Shown here one piece after another: positions 1-9,311 of a DNA stretch of 64,000 nt. The notes beneath the pieces are model-generated. The model did no database searches, was not told the origin of the DNA, and was given only the letters and a program-made list of their open reading frames with translations. Position 1 is the stretch's first letter, and every line of letters starts with the position of its first letter. A program made the translations under genes and the position numbers. This DNA comes from Burkholderiales bacterium. Its GTDB lineage: Bacteria; Pseudomonadota; Gammaproteobacteria; Burkholderiales; CAIKXV01. Location: positions 58,882 to 122,881 of the forward strand of contig JBBRCD010000001.1 of assembly GCA_038205245.1 (NCBI GenBank). The letters are read 5' to 3'.

Positions 1-64
1 CATAAAGGCTGCGCCTGCAGCCCAGACCGCCCCGCCGGCGAAGTGATCGTCGCAGCGGCGTCTT

Positions 65-532
65 TCAGCTGGCGCGCAGGCGCCCCTTGATGAAACGCAG
101 CACCCCGCCCAACAGTGGAATTGACTCGTAGAGTTCTTCGGCCGTATCCCAGTAGTCCCGATGCCAGGTGACACGGCCATCAGCGGCAAACCTCAAGTGG
201 GATGCCCCGTGGATGCGTTGCACCGGCTTGCCAGGACGCAGCCGGTACTCCAGGTTCCAGGTGAGCCAGGCCTGCTCGCCGTCGACCGCGCGCTCGATGA
301 TCAGAAACCGGGGTTCGGTCAGCTGAACGAACATGTGCGCGAAGATGCGTGCAATCGCGGCACCGCCGCGCACCTGGTTGAACGGATCCTTGAAGCAGGC
401 GTCCGGCGTGTAGAAGTTGGCGACCTCGCCAACCGTCTCCGGGCTCAGCCCGGTGAACATCGCCTCCAGACGCGCCAGAGCCTCAGTGGTGTGCTCAGTG
501 GTGTGCACCGTGGCCTGCGCCGTGGTCTGCAT
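65..532 (-). CDS. NTF2/SnoaL-like family protein (distal gene of the cfa-type cluster)
   Basis: 155-aa ORF with coding-like composition. Only a 2-nt gap separates it from the upstream SDR gene. The family assignment is recalled from similar clusters; no catalytic motif was checked. Confidence 0.55.
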   Translation of the reverse strand: MQTTAQATVHTTEHTTEALARLEAMFTGLSPETVGEVANFYTPDACFKDPFNQVRGGAAIARIFAHMFVQLTEPRFLIIERAVDGEQAWLTWNLEYRLRPGKPVQRIHGASHLRFAADGRVTWHRDYWDTAEELYESIPLLGGVLRFIKGRLRAS

Positions 533-534
533 CG

Positions 535-1311
535 CTACAACCCGGTCACGCGCCGGATCAGCCGGAAGTACAGGCCGTAGGGCAGAAGGCGGAACAGCTT
601 CAGCCAGCGGGTGAATCGCTTCGGGAAGTGAATCTCGAAGCGGCCGCTGGCCAGCCCGTCGACGATCTGCTGCGCAGCCTCCTCGGCGCTGATCAGCGCC
701 GGCATCTTGAACTCGTTGCGATCGGTCAGCGGCGTCTTCACGAACCCGGGATTGACGACCCAGACGCCGATGCCGCGCGGGGCGAGATCGAGATACAGGG
801 TTTCGGCGAGGTTGATCAGCGCTGCTTTGGTCGCGCCATACACCAGGCTGGTCGGCAAGCCACGATAACCCGCCACCGACGAGCAGATCGCAACGCCACC
901 GGAACCCTGCTTGAGCATCTGCGGAACGACGACGGTCAATGCGTCGATCACCGACAACAGATTGGTTTCGACCAGCCGGTGCGCCACCGCGGAGTCCAGT
1001 GTCCAGGCGCGCACCGACTCGTGTGTACCCTGCAGGAACAGCGCGACATCGATGCCGCCCCAGGCATCCAGCATCTGCTCGAACCCGGCTTGGAGCTGCT
1101 CGCGGTTGGTGGCATCCAGCGGCAGTTCGAGCACGTTGGCCGGTCGGGTGGCAGCTGCGAGTTCATGCAGGGCCTGCGCGTTGCGGGCGGACACCGCCAC
1201 CCGCGCGCCGTGGGCAATCAGCAGCTTTGCGAGGGCAAGCCCGATACCGCTGCTGGCGCCGATCAACCAGACCCGCTTGCCTTTCCAGTCCCGGATCGGT
1301 GTGTTCAGCAT
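535..1311 (-). CDS. SDR family short-chain dehydrogenase/reductase
   Basis: N-terminal Rossmann motif 'LIGASSGIGLALAKLL' and catalytic 'YGATKAA' (YxxxK). The 258-aa length is typical. Confidence 0.85.
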   Translation of the reverse strand: MLNTPIRDWKGKRVWLIGASSGIGLALAKLLIAHGARVAVSARNAQALHELAAATRPANVLELPLDATNREQLQAGFEQMLDAWGGIDVALFLQGTHESVRAWTLDSAVAHRLVETNLLSVIDALTVVVPQMLKQGSGGVAICSSVAGYRGLPTSLVYGATKAALINLAETLYLDLAPRGIGVWVVNPGFVKTPLTDRNEFKMPALISAEEAAQQIVDGLASGRFEIHFPKRFTRWLKLFRLLPYGLYFRLIRRVTGL

Positions 1312-1343
1312 GGCAGCGATTCAGACTCGATCATCTTGTCGAT

Positions 1344-1850
1344 TCAGGCACGCATCGCGGTCGCGAGCGAAGCCAGCAGTAGGGACAGCAGTACGACCGA
1401 GGTCAGCACAGAGCGCAGTGCAAGGTACCACGAGGGTAGCGACAACACCGCCGAGACGCGGAAGTCCACCGCCAGTTGCGCGATGAAACCCAGGCCGAGC
1501 ATCGCCAATGCAGGCACGAACCCGACCGCCAGCGCCAGCCATCCCCATAGCGCGGGAACCACCGACCAGCCGAAGCCGAAGCGCGCCGCGCGCCCGTTAC
1601 CGCAGAGCAGCGCCAGACCCCAGTGGATGGCGCCGATGAAACTGAGGATCAGCGCGGCATAGGTGAGGACCGACCACTCCAGAGATGACCGCATCGGGCC
1701 GTCGACGAACCACAGCGCCAGCGCGCCGAGCAGGAAAGGCAGCAGCCCGCCCAGACCCGGAAGCAGCGCGGCGCGCGGGGCATCGCGCAGCGCAGCCAGG
1801 CCCGGACGCAGCGGACCGGCGGAGACCATCGCGCCGTCGCGCACGGTCAT
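1344..1850 (-). CDS. DUF3429-like polytopic membrane protein
   Basis: Only the C-terminal 168 aa of the 443-aa track ORF look real: hydrophobic helices and 'FIGAIHWGLAL'. The ATG at 1850 overlaps the stop of the upstream gene (ATGA). Confidence 0.65.
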   Translation of the reverse strand: MTVRDGAMVSAGPLRPGLAALRDAPRAALLPGLGGLLPFLLGALALWFVDGPMRSSLEWSVLTYAALILSFIGAIHWGLALLCGNGRAARFGFGWSVVPALWGWLALAVGFVPALAMLGLGFIAQLAVDFRVSAVLSLPSWYLALRSVLTSVVLLSLLLASLATAMRA

Positions 1851-2407
1851 TTTCGGGTGAAGCTCAGCGTCACCTGGCCCAGGCGGATGCCCCACTTGCT
1901 CATCACCGCAGTGTTGAGCATCACCCGATCGTCGATCAGGTACATCCAGTCGTCGAACTGCACATGCCATGTTCTGCCGGACACCGGCAGCGCGAGGGTA
2001 TAGGCCCAGTAAAGCGCGTTGCCATGGGCCTTGCCCTGGGCCACGCCGACCACATCGTCGGCGGTGCCGGTGTAGGTGTTCGCATCGACCTTGGTGATCG
2101 TCCACACCCGGCGCTGCTTCTCGCCATCGGACCACTCGAAGCGTTCGTCCAGGGTGCCCACATTGCCGTTCCACTTCGCATCGATGGTCACCACGAACCG
2201 GCGCTCGACCTTGCCCGAACGGCTCTGGAACATGCCGTGACCGATCAGGGTGCCGTTGAAATAGCGCTGCAGGTCGAGCACCGGCTTTTCGGCGGAGTAG
2301 ACCTGCGGATCGACCGACGCGCATCCTGCCAGCATCAGTGCCAACAGTCCCGCGGCGAACATCGAGGAACCGCGCGAACGGCAAACGGCGAGCAGACGAG
2401 CGAACAT
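1847..2407 (-). CDS. DUF3833-like lipoprotein
   Basis: Signal peptide with lipobox 'LMLAGC' after an internal Met (ATG at 2407). The conserved C-terminal part 'WHVQFDDWMYLIDDRVMLN' was recognised from cfa-associated clusters. Confidence 0.65.
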   Translation of the reverse strand: MFARLLAVCRSRGSSMFAAGLLALMLAGCASVDPQVYSAEKPVLDLQRYFNGTLIGHGMFQSRSGKVERRFVVTIDAKWNGNVGTLDERFEWSDGEKQRRVWTITKVDANTYTGTADDVVGVAQGKAHGNALYWAYTLALPVSGRTWHVQFDDWMYLIDDRVMLNTAVMSKWGIRLGQVTLSFTRK

Positions 2408-2427
2408 GGAAGACCTCCAGGAAGTGT

Positions 2428-3729
2428 TCAGAACCGCTGGGCTCGCCAGGCCTGCCAGAGCAAGGCTGCCGCGACCAGCTTGAGTGCACAAGGAACAACC
2501 GCATAAGTGAACGCCAGCGCGGCCAGCGCCTCGGCGTCCTGCGACCCGCGCAGGTAGCCCAGACCTTCAAGCAGCGGCAGCGCGATGCCCCCGGCGATCG
2601 CCAGGGTGAGCTTGTTGACGAAATTCCAGAGTCCGAAGTAGGCCCCTTCGCGCTGCCCACCATGGCCGTTGGCATCGATCACCCGCGCGAGCAGGGCCGG
2701 CGGCAGCGCGAGATCGGCGCCGAAAGCAACGCCGGACAGCACGCAGATCGCGGCAAAGCCCCAGAGCGCGCCTGCATCCAGCCAGTAAGCCCAGACGAAG
2801 GCCGCGACAGAGGCCAGCATGCCGATCAGCCAGACCACATGCAGGCTGTAGCGGCCGGCGAGCCGCACCCATAGGGGCATGCTGGCTGCGCCGGCAATAA
2901 AGTAAAGCGCAAGGAATGCGCCAGTGTAGCCAGCCAGCCCGAGGCGGTCGGCCACGAAGAACTGGAACACGGTTGCGGTGATCGAGGGCGCGACCGCGTT
3001 CAGCGCGAACACCAGCAGCAGCCAGCGAAAGCGGGAACTGGCAAGAGGCACCACGAAGCTGGCGAACGGGTTGCCACCGGCCGCCTGTCGCGCCCGCAAT
3101 ACCGACGCCTCGGTCCTCTGCGGCTGAGGCGCATAGCGAGCAAGCACGATGACACCAAGCAGCAGCGCCACCAGGAACACGCCGATCAATGCCGGCATGC
3201 CCACCGCCTGCGGCAGCACTGCACCGATCAGCACGCCGACCAGTCCCGCGCCTTCGCGTGCGCCGGTAATGCGTGCGCGGCCGGCATCATCGCCAGCGAG
3301 CTCGGAACCCCAGGCCTGATAGGCAACGATGCCGAGCGAATAGCCCAGGTAGGCGCCGACCAGCGTCACCGCCAGCCAGAGTGCGCTGCCGGCATCGCCG
3401 AGCGCGTCCGGCGGCGACAGCAGCAGCACGAAGCTCAGTGCCAGAACTGGCGCGGCAATGAAGATCGGCAGCAGATAGGAACCGCCGACCTTCTGCGCGT
3501 CCACCCAGGCGCCAAGCAGTGGGTCAGCGACGGCATCGACCAATCGGGTGGAGAACAGGACGATACCGATCAACGAAAGCGACAGGCCGGTGCGTGCGTT
3601 GTAGAAGTCGGGCAGCAGGATGTTGATCGGCAGTGCCGTCATCAGCAGCGGCACACTGAACATGCAATAGGCAGCGAGCTGCGCACCGGTCAGCCGTGCG
3701 TTCCCGGCCGGCAAGGGCTGTCCGGTCAT
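2428..3729 (-). CDS. MFS-type transporter (GPH/folate-biopterin-like)
   Basis: 433 aa with about 12 hydrophobic segments. Conserved position inside the cfa-type cluster. Confidence 0.75.
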   Translation of the reverse strand: MTGQPLPAGNARLTGAQLAAYCMFSVPLLMTALPINILLPDFYNARTGLSLSLIGIVLFSTRLVDAVADPLLGAWVDAQKVGGSYLLPIFIAAPVLALSFVLLLSPPDALGDAGSALWLAVTLVGAYLGYSLGIVAYQAWGSELAGDDAGRARITGAREGAGLVGVLIGAVLPQAVGMPALIGVFLVALLLGVIVLARYAPQPQRTEASVLRARQAAGGNPFASFVVPLASSRFRWLLLVFALNAVAPSITATVFQFFVADRLGLAGYTGAFLALYFIAGAASMPLWVRLAGRYSLHVVWLIGMLASVAAFVWAYWLDAGALWGFAAICVLSGVAFGADLALPPALLARVIDANGHGGQREGAYFGLWNFVNKLTLAIAGGIALPLLEGLGYLRGSQDAEALAALAFTYAVVPCALKLVAAALLWQAWRAQRF

Positions 3730-3735
3730 CTCGAC

Positions 3736-4332
3736 TCAGGTCTTGCCGAGCAGGCGGGCGCGTAGCTGCGGCTCGCGGGTCTTCGGATCGAGCCAGATCG
3801 CGAAGAACGCGGTGGCGAACGCCGGGTCGTCGATGGTGCCGAGCGCGCGGTCCTGGCTGAAGAAAGCGGCGCCTCCGCCTTTCAGGTACACCCCGATCAG
3901 CCGGTCGCCGCGGCCGACATTGGGAAACACCCGGATCATCGCCGCCAGCCAGCGCGCATGCTGCGCCTCGTCGGTAAAGCCGACCCGTTTCATCTCGGTG
4001 ATGCTGCTCTCTGCCAGCGCCTTGCCCGCGAGATCGCGTCCGTAAAGGATGTCGAGCGCGTGTACGTCGTCGGGCTCCCACTGCGTGCCGCGCGCCCAGA
4101 GCGCGACGTCGTACACATGCAGGCCAAACCAGCGCATGGTGCCGAAACCGATCCGCTTGAGGTCGCCTGTGGCCGCGACCACGGCTGGAGGCAGACGGGC
4201 CAACTGGGGCGGCCCGGCAGCCTGCAGCGACCCGGCCACGGGCAACGTCAATACGGGTGCCAGGGCAGCGAGCGCCAGCAGGCTGCCCAGTCGAAAAGCG
4301 GTGCGCCGACGATCCAGGCGGGAAGTATTCAT
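3736..4332 (-). CDS. Chalcone-isomerase-like family protein, secreted
   Basis: N-terminal signal peptide. 'FGLHVYDVALW...FFAIWLDPKTREPQLRARLLG' resembles the CHI-like family found in these clusters. Its start overlaps the upstream cfa gene stop by 4 nt. Confidence 0.6.
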   Translation of the reverse strand: MNTSRLDRRRTAFRLGSLLALAALAPVLTLPVAGSLQAAGPPQLARLPPAVVAATGDLKRIGFGTMRWFGLHVYDVALWARGTQWEPDDVHALDILYGRDLAGKALAESSITEMKRVGFTDEAQHARWLAAMIRVFPNVGRGDRLIGVYLKGGGAAFFSQDRALGTIDDPAFATAFFAIWLDPKTREPQLRARLLGKT

Positions 4333-5603
4333 CCCGGCGAACCGTTCATCGGACGCAACAGTTCGAAATGCAGCACATCGGTGCGACCGGAATCAAAGCC
4401 CGCCTCACAGTAGGCAAGATAGAAGCGCCACAGGCGGATGAACCGGTCGTCGAAACCGAGTGCACGAACTCGGGGCTCGGACTCGGTGAAGGTCTTGAGC
4501 CAGCGGCGCAGCGTCTCGGCGTAGTCGCGCCCGAACGCCTCGGTCGCCTTCACCTCGAGCCCGGCGCGATCGCTCTGCCGGACAAACTCGCTCTCCGAGG
4601 CGAGCATGCCGCCTGGAAACACATGCTGCTGGATGAAGTCGGTGCCGCGGCGGTAGCGCCCGAACACCTCGTCATGGATGGTGATGCCCTGGATCACCGC
4701 GCGCCCCCCCGGCTTCAGCGCATCGCGGATGGCGCGGAAGTAGGCTGGCCAGAACCGCTCCCCGACCGCCTCGTACATCTCGATCGACACCACATGGTCG
4801 AATTGCCCCTGAATGTCACGGTAATCGGTGAGCGTGAGTTCGGTCTGGCTGGACAGACCCGCCCCGGCAAGGCGCGCCTGGGCGTACTCCAGTTGCGCCG
4901 GAGAAATGGTGATGCCGCGCACCCGGCAGCCGCGCCGGGCCGCCACCTCGGCGAATCCGCCCCAGCCACAGCCGATCTCCAGGATGTGATCGCCCGCCCG
5001 CGCCTCCAGGCGATCGAGAATGCGTTCGTACTTGATCCGCTGCGCATCGTCCAGTGACCTGGACGCATCGCCGCCGAAGTAGGCCGATGAGTAGCTCATC
5101 GTCGGATCGAGCCAGAGTCGGTAGAACTCGTTGCCCAGATCGTAGTGCGCGACGATGTTGCGCCGGCTGCCAGAGCGTGTGTTGGCCCGCGACCAGTGGC
5201 GCAAGCGGTACCAGAGCACTGCGAACCAGTTGCCGTAGAACGCGCGCTCGATATGCTGCTGGTTGAGCAACGCAAGGGTGAGCAGATCGCTTGGCCGGTC
5301 GATGTCGCAGTCGCCCGCCATGTAGGCCTCGGCCAGACCGATGTCTGCGGTGCGCATTATCTCCTCCGCTGCAGCCCAGGAGCGCAGGGTCAGCGTCGCC
5401 TGCGGACCGGAGTCCGCGCCGAAACTCAGGCACTCGCGTTCGGGCGTGACCAGGTCGATACGGCCGATCTGGATCCGATCGAGCACCCGGGTGAGCAGCT
5501 GCCCGGCCGGGGGCATGGCGCTGCGCACCCGACGGGCTGTCTCCACGTCGGTGACCGGCCGGATGTCGCCGCCGCTGGACTGTTCGATAGTGACATCGTT
5601 CAT
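4329..5603 (-). CDS. cfa: Cyclopropane-fatty-acyl-phospholipid synthase family SAM-dependent methyltransferase (UfaM/Cfa-like)
   Basis: 424 aa with the SAM-binding motif 'HILEIGCGWGGFAEVAA' and CFA-synthase-like N- and C-terminal regions. Confidence 0.9.
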   Translation of the reverse strand: MNDVTIEQSSGGDIRPVTDVETARRVRSAMPPAGQLLTRVLDRIQIGRIDLVTPERECLSFGADSGPQATLTLRSWAAAEEIMRTADIGLAEAYMAGDCDIDRPSDLLTLALLNQQHIERAFYGNWFAVLWYRLRHWSRANTRSGSRRNIVAHYDLGNEFYRLWLDPTMSYSSAYFGGDASRSLDDAQRIKYERILDRLEARAGDHILEIGCGWGGFAEVAARRGCRVRGITISPAQLEYAQARLAGAGLSSQTELTLTDYRDIQGQFDHVVSIEMYEAVGERFWPAYFRAIRDALKPGGRAVIQGITIHDEVFGRYRRGTDFIQQHVFPGGMLASESEFVRQSDRAGLEVKATEAFGRDYAETLRRWLKTFTESEPRVRALGFDDRFIRLWRFYLAYCEAGFDSGRTDVLHFELLRPMNGSPG

Positions 5604-5661
5604 CGATACTGCCTTTCTAGTAGGTGGCGGTGGCCGCCGCGGTCGGCGCTCACCGGGATGC

Positions 5662-6462
5662 TCAACGCGTGGTGGTCTCGATCGGCGGCACCGGCTTGCG
5701 GTGGTACACCGCCCCCTTCCACCAGAGCCGGATCGCCTGCAGATGGATGCGCCCGATGACCCCGGCCATCAGCCAGGGCAGGCGAAGAAAGGATCGTGCC
5801 AGGCACCGGTCGGTCAGCGGCTGCGCGGCACCGGACAGCGAGGTGGTCAGCTCGAGCGCACCGGCACGCGCATAGTCGATGCGAAACAGGGTGCGCTGGG
5901 CGTCCTCGTGAAACCGGAACCGGTACTCGCCATCGACCGGGAAGAACGGAGAGACATGGAACACCTTGTGCGCCCGCAGACTCTGACCGGTACCGATCGG
6001 CGCCGAATCCGCGCAGGCCACCATGTAGTTGTGGTGCTCGCCGAACGTGTTGCTCACTTCGCACAGTACCGCGCGCAGCCGGCCGTTGCGGTCATGACAC
6101 ATCCAGAAACTCACCGGATTGAAGACGTAACCGAGCACGCGCGGCAGCGTGTAGAGCACGATCTCGCCGTCGGCAACCTGCAATTGATGATCGACCAGCA
6201 GCCGCCGGATCCAGTTCTGCAGGGACGACCCGTCGCGCGCGCCGTAGTCGCGGCGATGCAGGCTGAACAGATTGAAGCGATCGATGCCGAGCAGCCTGGG
6301 CCCCGACGCGGACTGCCCGGACTGCACGGACTCGAGCCAGGAAAGCGGCACCCGCAGGAAGAATGCCGGGTAGCGGAAGGCGTGTTCGAGCGGCGATAGC
6401 CGCCGGTGCAGCACCTCGCCCGCGCAGACCGCCGGAGATACCAGCCCGACCGGCATCCTCAT
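5662..6462 (-). CDS. DUF1365 family protein (UfaO-like)
   Basis: 266 aa. 'HRRLSPLEHAFRYPAFFL...YVFNPVSFW' is typical of DUF1365. Its start overlaps the upstream gene stop by 4 nt. Confidence 0.8.
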   Translation of the reverse strand: MRMPVGLVSPAVCAGEVLHRRLSPLEHAFRYPAFFLRVPLSWLESVQSGQSASGPRLLGIDRFNLFSLHRRDYGARDGSSLQNWIRRLLVDHQLQVADGEIVLYTLPRVLGYVFNPVSFWMCHDRNGRLRAVLCEVSNTFGEHHNYMVACADSAPIGTGQSLRAHKVFHVSPFFPVDGEYRFRFHEDAQRTLFRIDYARAGALELTTSLSGAAQPLTDRCLARSFLRLPWLMAGVIGRIHLQAIRLWWKGAVYHRKPVPPIETTTR

Positions 6463-7871
6463 GCGGCGCCCGCCAATCGGGGCCCTGCGGACGCATGGCC
6501 GCTGTCGGACGCCGTCCAGGGGGCGTGCACACCAAGTTGCGCGGCCACGGCAAGCGCCGACTTCAGACCGTCCTCGTGAAAACCATAACCGGTCCAGGCA
6601 CCGCAGAACCAGGTGCGGCGCTGACCCTGGATTCCGGGCAGGCGCTGCTGCGCGACCAGCGCCGGGGCGTCCAACACCGGGTGTGCATAGTCGAACCGGG
6701 CGATCACGCGATCGGCCGCAATCGGGCGGTGCGGATTCAGCGTCACCATCACCGGAGTGCGCATCGGCAACGGCTGGAGCCGGTTGATCAGGTAGGTCAC
6801 GCTGACCGACCCCGGCGCCGCGCTGGTCGCCGCGCTTGCCGGTGAACTGGCCACCGCGCTGGTCGCCGCACCGGCCACTGGGTTGGCCACCGGATCGCCT
6901 GGCGAAGCAGCGTCAGCGGCCGCGCCATTCCCGGAGAAGTTCCACGCGGCCCAGGCACTGCGCGAATCGGGAAGGAACCCGGTGTCGGTGTGCAGCCAGG
7001 CATCGTTGGGCTGATAGCGGATTGCCTCGAGCACGGCGCGTTCTTCGCTGCTGGCGTCGCCGAGCAGCGCCAGCGACTGATCAGAGTGTGTAGCCATCAC
7101 GATCTGGTCGAAACGCTCGACCTGCCCCGCGGCAGTCACTTCGACCGCGTCCGCCGTTCGCCGCACGCCGGTCACTGGCGTTGCCAGCCGCACGTCGTCC
7201 AGGTCAGCGAGCAGCCGGCGCACATACTCGCGCCCGCCACCGGTGACCGTCATCCAGCGCGGCCGCCGGGTGATCTGGAGCAGCCCGTGATTGACGAAGA
7301 AGCGGATGAAGCTTGCCGCTGGAAACGCGCGCATCGCGCCCATCGGGCAGGACCAGATCGCGGCCGCCATCGGCAGCAGGTACCAGTCGCAGAACTCCCG
7401 GCTGTAGCGCCCGCGTTCCAGGAATTCGCCCAGGCTGATCTGCCCGCTGTCGGGCGTCTCGGCAAACGCCGGTGCCGTGCGGTTGAAACGCATGATGTCG
7501 GCAAGCATCCGCCAGAACCCGGGACGGGCCAGGTTGCGCTTCTGGGCAAACAGCGCGCCGATCGACGTCCCCGCCCACTCGAGCGATTCACGCTCGATGC
7601 GCACGCTGAACGACATCTCGCTGGTCACCGAAGCCACGCCGATCTGCTCGAACAGGGCGATCAAGTTGGGATAAGTACGCTCGTTGAACACCAGGAATCC
7701 GGTGTCGACCGGCGCACGCACCCCTTCGAGTTCGACCTCGACCGTGTTGGTATGCCCGCCTGCATACGCGCCTGCTTCGAACAAGGTCACCCGGTGACGC
7801 TCGCGCAACAGCCAGGCGGCCGCCAGCCCGGAAATGCCCGCCCCGACGACCGCGATCGATGTTCTATGCAC
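6459..7871 (-). CDS. FAD/NAD(P)-binding amine-oxidase-like oxidoreductase (UfaD-like)
   Basis: N-terminal dinucleotide fold 'IAVVGAGISGLAAAW'. 470 aa. First gene of the minus-strand cluster. Confidence 0.85.
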   Translation of the reverse strand: MHRTSIAVVGAGISGLAAAWLLRERHRVTLFEAGAYAGGHTNTVEVELEGVRAPVDTGFLVFNERTYPNLIALFEQIGVASVTSEMSFSVRIERESLEWAGTSIGALFAQKRNLARPGFWRMLADIMRFNRTAPAFAETPDSGQISLGEFLERGRYSREFCDWYLLPMAAAIWSCPMGAMRAFPAASFIRFFVNHGLLQITRRPRWMTVTGGGREYVRRLLADLDDVRLATPVTGVRRTADAVEVTAAGQVERFDQIVMATHSDQSLALLGDASSEERAVLEAIRYQPNDAWLHTDTGFLPDSRSAWAAWNFSGNGAAADAASPGDPVANPVAGAATSAVASSPASAATSAAPGSVSVTYLINRLQPLPMRTPVMVTLNPHRPIAADRVIARFDYAHPVLDAPALVAQQRLPGIQGQRRTWFCGAWTGYGFHEDGLKSALAVAAQLGVHAPWTASDSGHASAGPRLAGAA

Positions 7872-8334
7872 CCGCTTTTTCCTCTTGTCTGCAGGGCGTC
7901 CATGACGTACCCGCCCTGCCCGCGATACGTCCGGATCCGCGAAACAGATGTTTGCGCGGACCGCAACCTGCTTCTCAACTGAGCCTGTCTACCGAGCCGG
8001 CAACGACTCGAAAATTCGCCAAACCGCCGATGGTAATCGAGCGCTATCCGGCTGCGTTGGATCGGCCGCTGTCTTGTTGTCCGGGCGGAGGTTACCCGGT
8101 CACCCGGCGCCCCACCCGCTTGCGTCGTTCTCGCATGCCGATTGCGTCGCGCGGGGCGCTCCCGCATCATCTGCCCGGCGGGACCCGGTGCACGCCGCCC
8201 AGCCCTCGAGGCCGCGTTCGAGCGCGGGCCTGTCCAGGCCTGCCGGCACCGGTTGAACGGGCATGTTTGTCCATGTCAATACCGGGTTTCCATGTACTGT
8301 TCGGGTTCTGCACTCACTTTGTCGACTCTATATC

Positions 8335-9264
8335 ATGGACATTAAACCTCTGGTGGCAGAACAACCTGGTGCGGAACGACCGCCGGTGAACATCAGTTCG
8401 GTGGAACGCGATACCGGACTGTCCAAGGATGCCCTGCGGGTCTGGGAGCGCCGCTACGGCTTTCCCCAGCCCTACCGGGACGCCCACGGCGAACGCATCT
8501 ATCCGTCCGATCAGGTCGACAAGCTCCGGCTTTTGAAGCGACTGCTTGACCAGGGACATCGACCAAGCAAGATCATTGCCAAGTCCATCGACGAATTGAG
8601 CGCCCTGTGCACCGAGGCGGAAAGTCCGTCTCATAGCACGGAAGTGGAGGCGCTGCTCAGGCTGATCAGGGCGCACCAGTCGGTCGAACTGCGCCAGACA
8701 CTGAACCAGGCACTGCTACGTGACGGGCTGCGCCGGTTCGTCATCGATCTGGTCGTGCCAGTGAACCGCGCGGTCGGCAATGCCTGGATGCGCGGCGATA
8801 TCGCGGTGTTCGAGGAGCATCTGTACACCGAGCAGATGCTCGGCATCCTGCGCAATGCGATTGCCAGCATCCAGCTTCGCGGGCACTCGCCGCGGGTTCT
8901 GCTTACCACGCTGCCGACCGAACAGCATGGCATGGGCCTGCTGATGGCCGAGGCCCTGCTCACCCTGGAGGGCGTCTACTGCGTGCCGCTGGGGGTCGAG
9001 ACGCCTGCCGCCGACATCGTTGCGGCCGCACTCGCGCACGATGTGGACATTGTCGCGATATCCTTCAGTGCCGCCTTCCCGGCGCGCCTTGCCACTGGCA
9101 GCATTCGCGAACTGCGCGAGATGCTGCCCGCGCGCATCGCGCTGTGGGTGGGCGGTGACGCAATGTTGCGCGCACGCACCCCAGGCGAAGGCATAGAGGT
9201 CGTGCGCAGTCTTGAGCAGATCATCGAAGCGCTCGGCGAGTGGCGGGCGCGCCTTTCCGACTGA
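8335..9264 (+). CDS. MerR-family regulator with C-terminal cobalamin-binding domain (CarH/LitR-type candidate photoreceptor)
   Basis: MerR HTH 'ISSVERDTGLSKDALRVWERRYGFPQP'. Wx9EH motif 'WMRGDIAVFEEH'. B12-binding 'TEQHGMGLLMAE...VDIVAISFS' (ExHxxG). The internal ATG at 8335 is preferred over the track start at 8263. Confidence 0.8.
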   Translation: MDIKPLVAEQPGAERPPVNISSVERDTGLSKDALRVWERRYGFPQPYRDAHGERIYPSDQVDKLRLLKRLLDQGHRPSKIIAKSIDELSALCTEAESPSHSTEVEALLRLIRAHQSVELRQTLNQALLRDGLRRFVIDLVVPVNRAVGNAWMRGDIAVFEEHLYTEQMLGILRNAIASIQLRGHSPRVLLTTLPTEQHGMGLLMAEALLTLEGVYCVPLGVETPAADIVAAALAHDVDIVAISFSAAFPARLATGSIRELREMLPARIALWVGGDAMLRARTPGEGIEVVRSLEQIIEALGEWRARLSD

Positions 9265-9311
9265 GCCCAGGGCCGGCTGACCGGCCGGCGGGCATTGACC
9301 GAGTCTCCCCC

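Noticed and set aside
628-1662. 344-aa plus-strand ORF (and nested ORFs 911-1486, 939-1382) opposite the SDR gene
   Set aside because: It is antisense to a gene with clear SDR motifs and has the Arg/Ala/Gly/Pro-rich low-complexity composition typical of shadow ORFs in high-GC DNA. No recognisable motif.
1851-2675. Upstream 275 codons of the 1344-2675 track ORF
   Set aside because: This part overlaps the DUF3833 and MFS genes and is Arg/Gly/Pro-rich. Only the hydrophobic C-terminal 168 aa look like a real protein.
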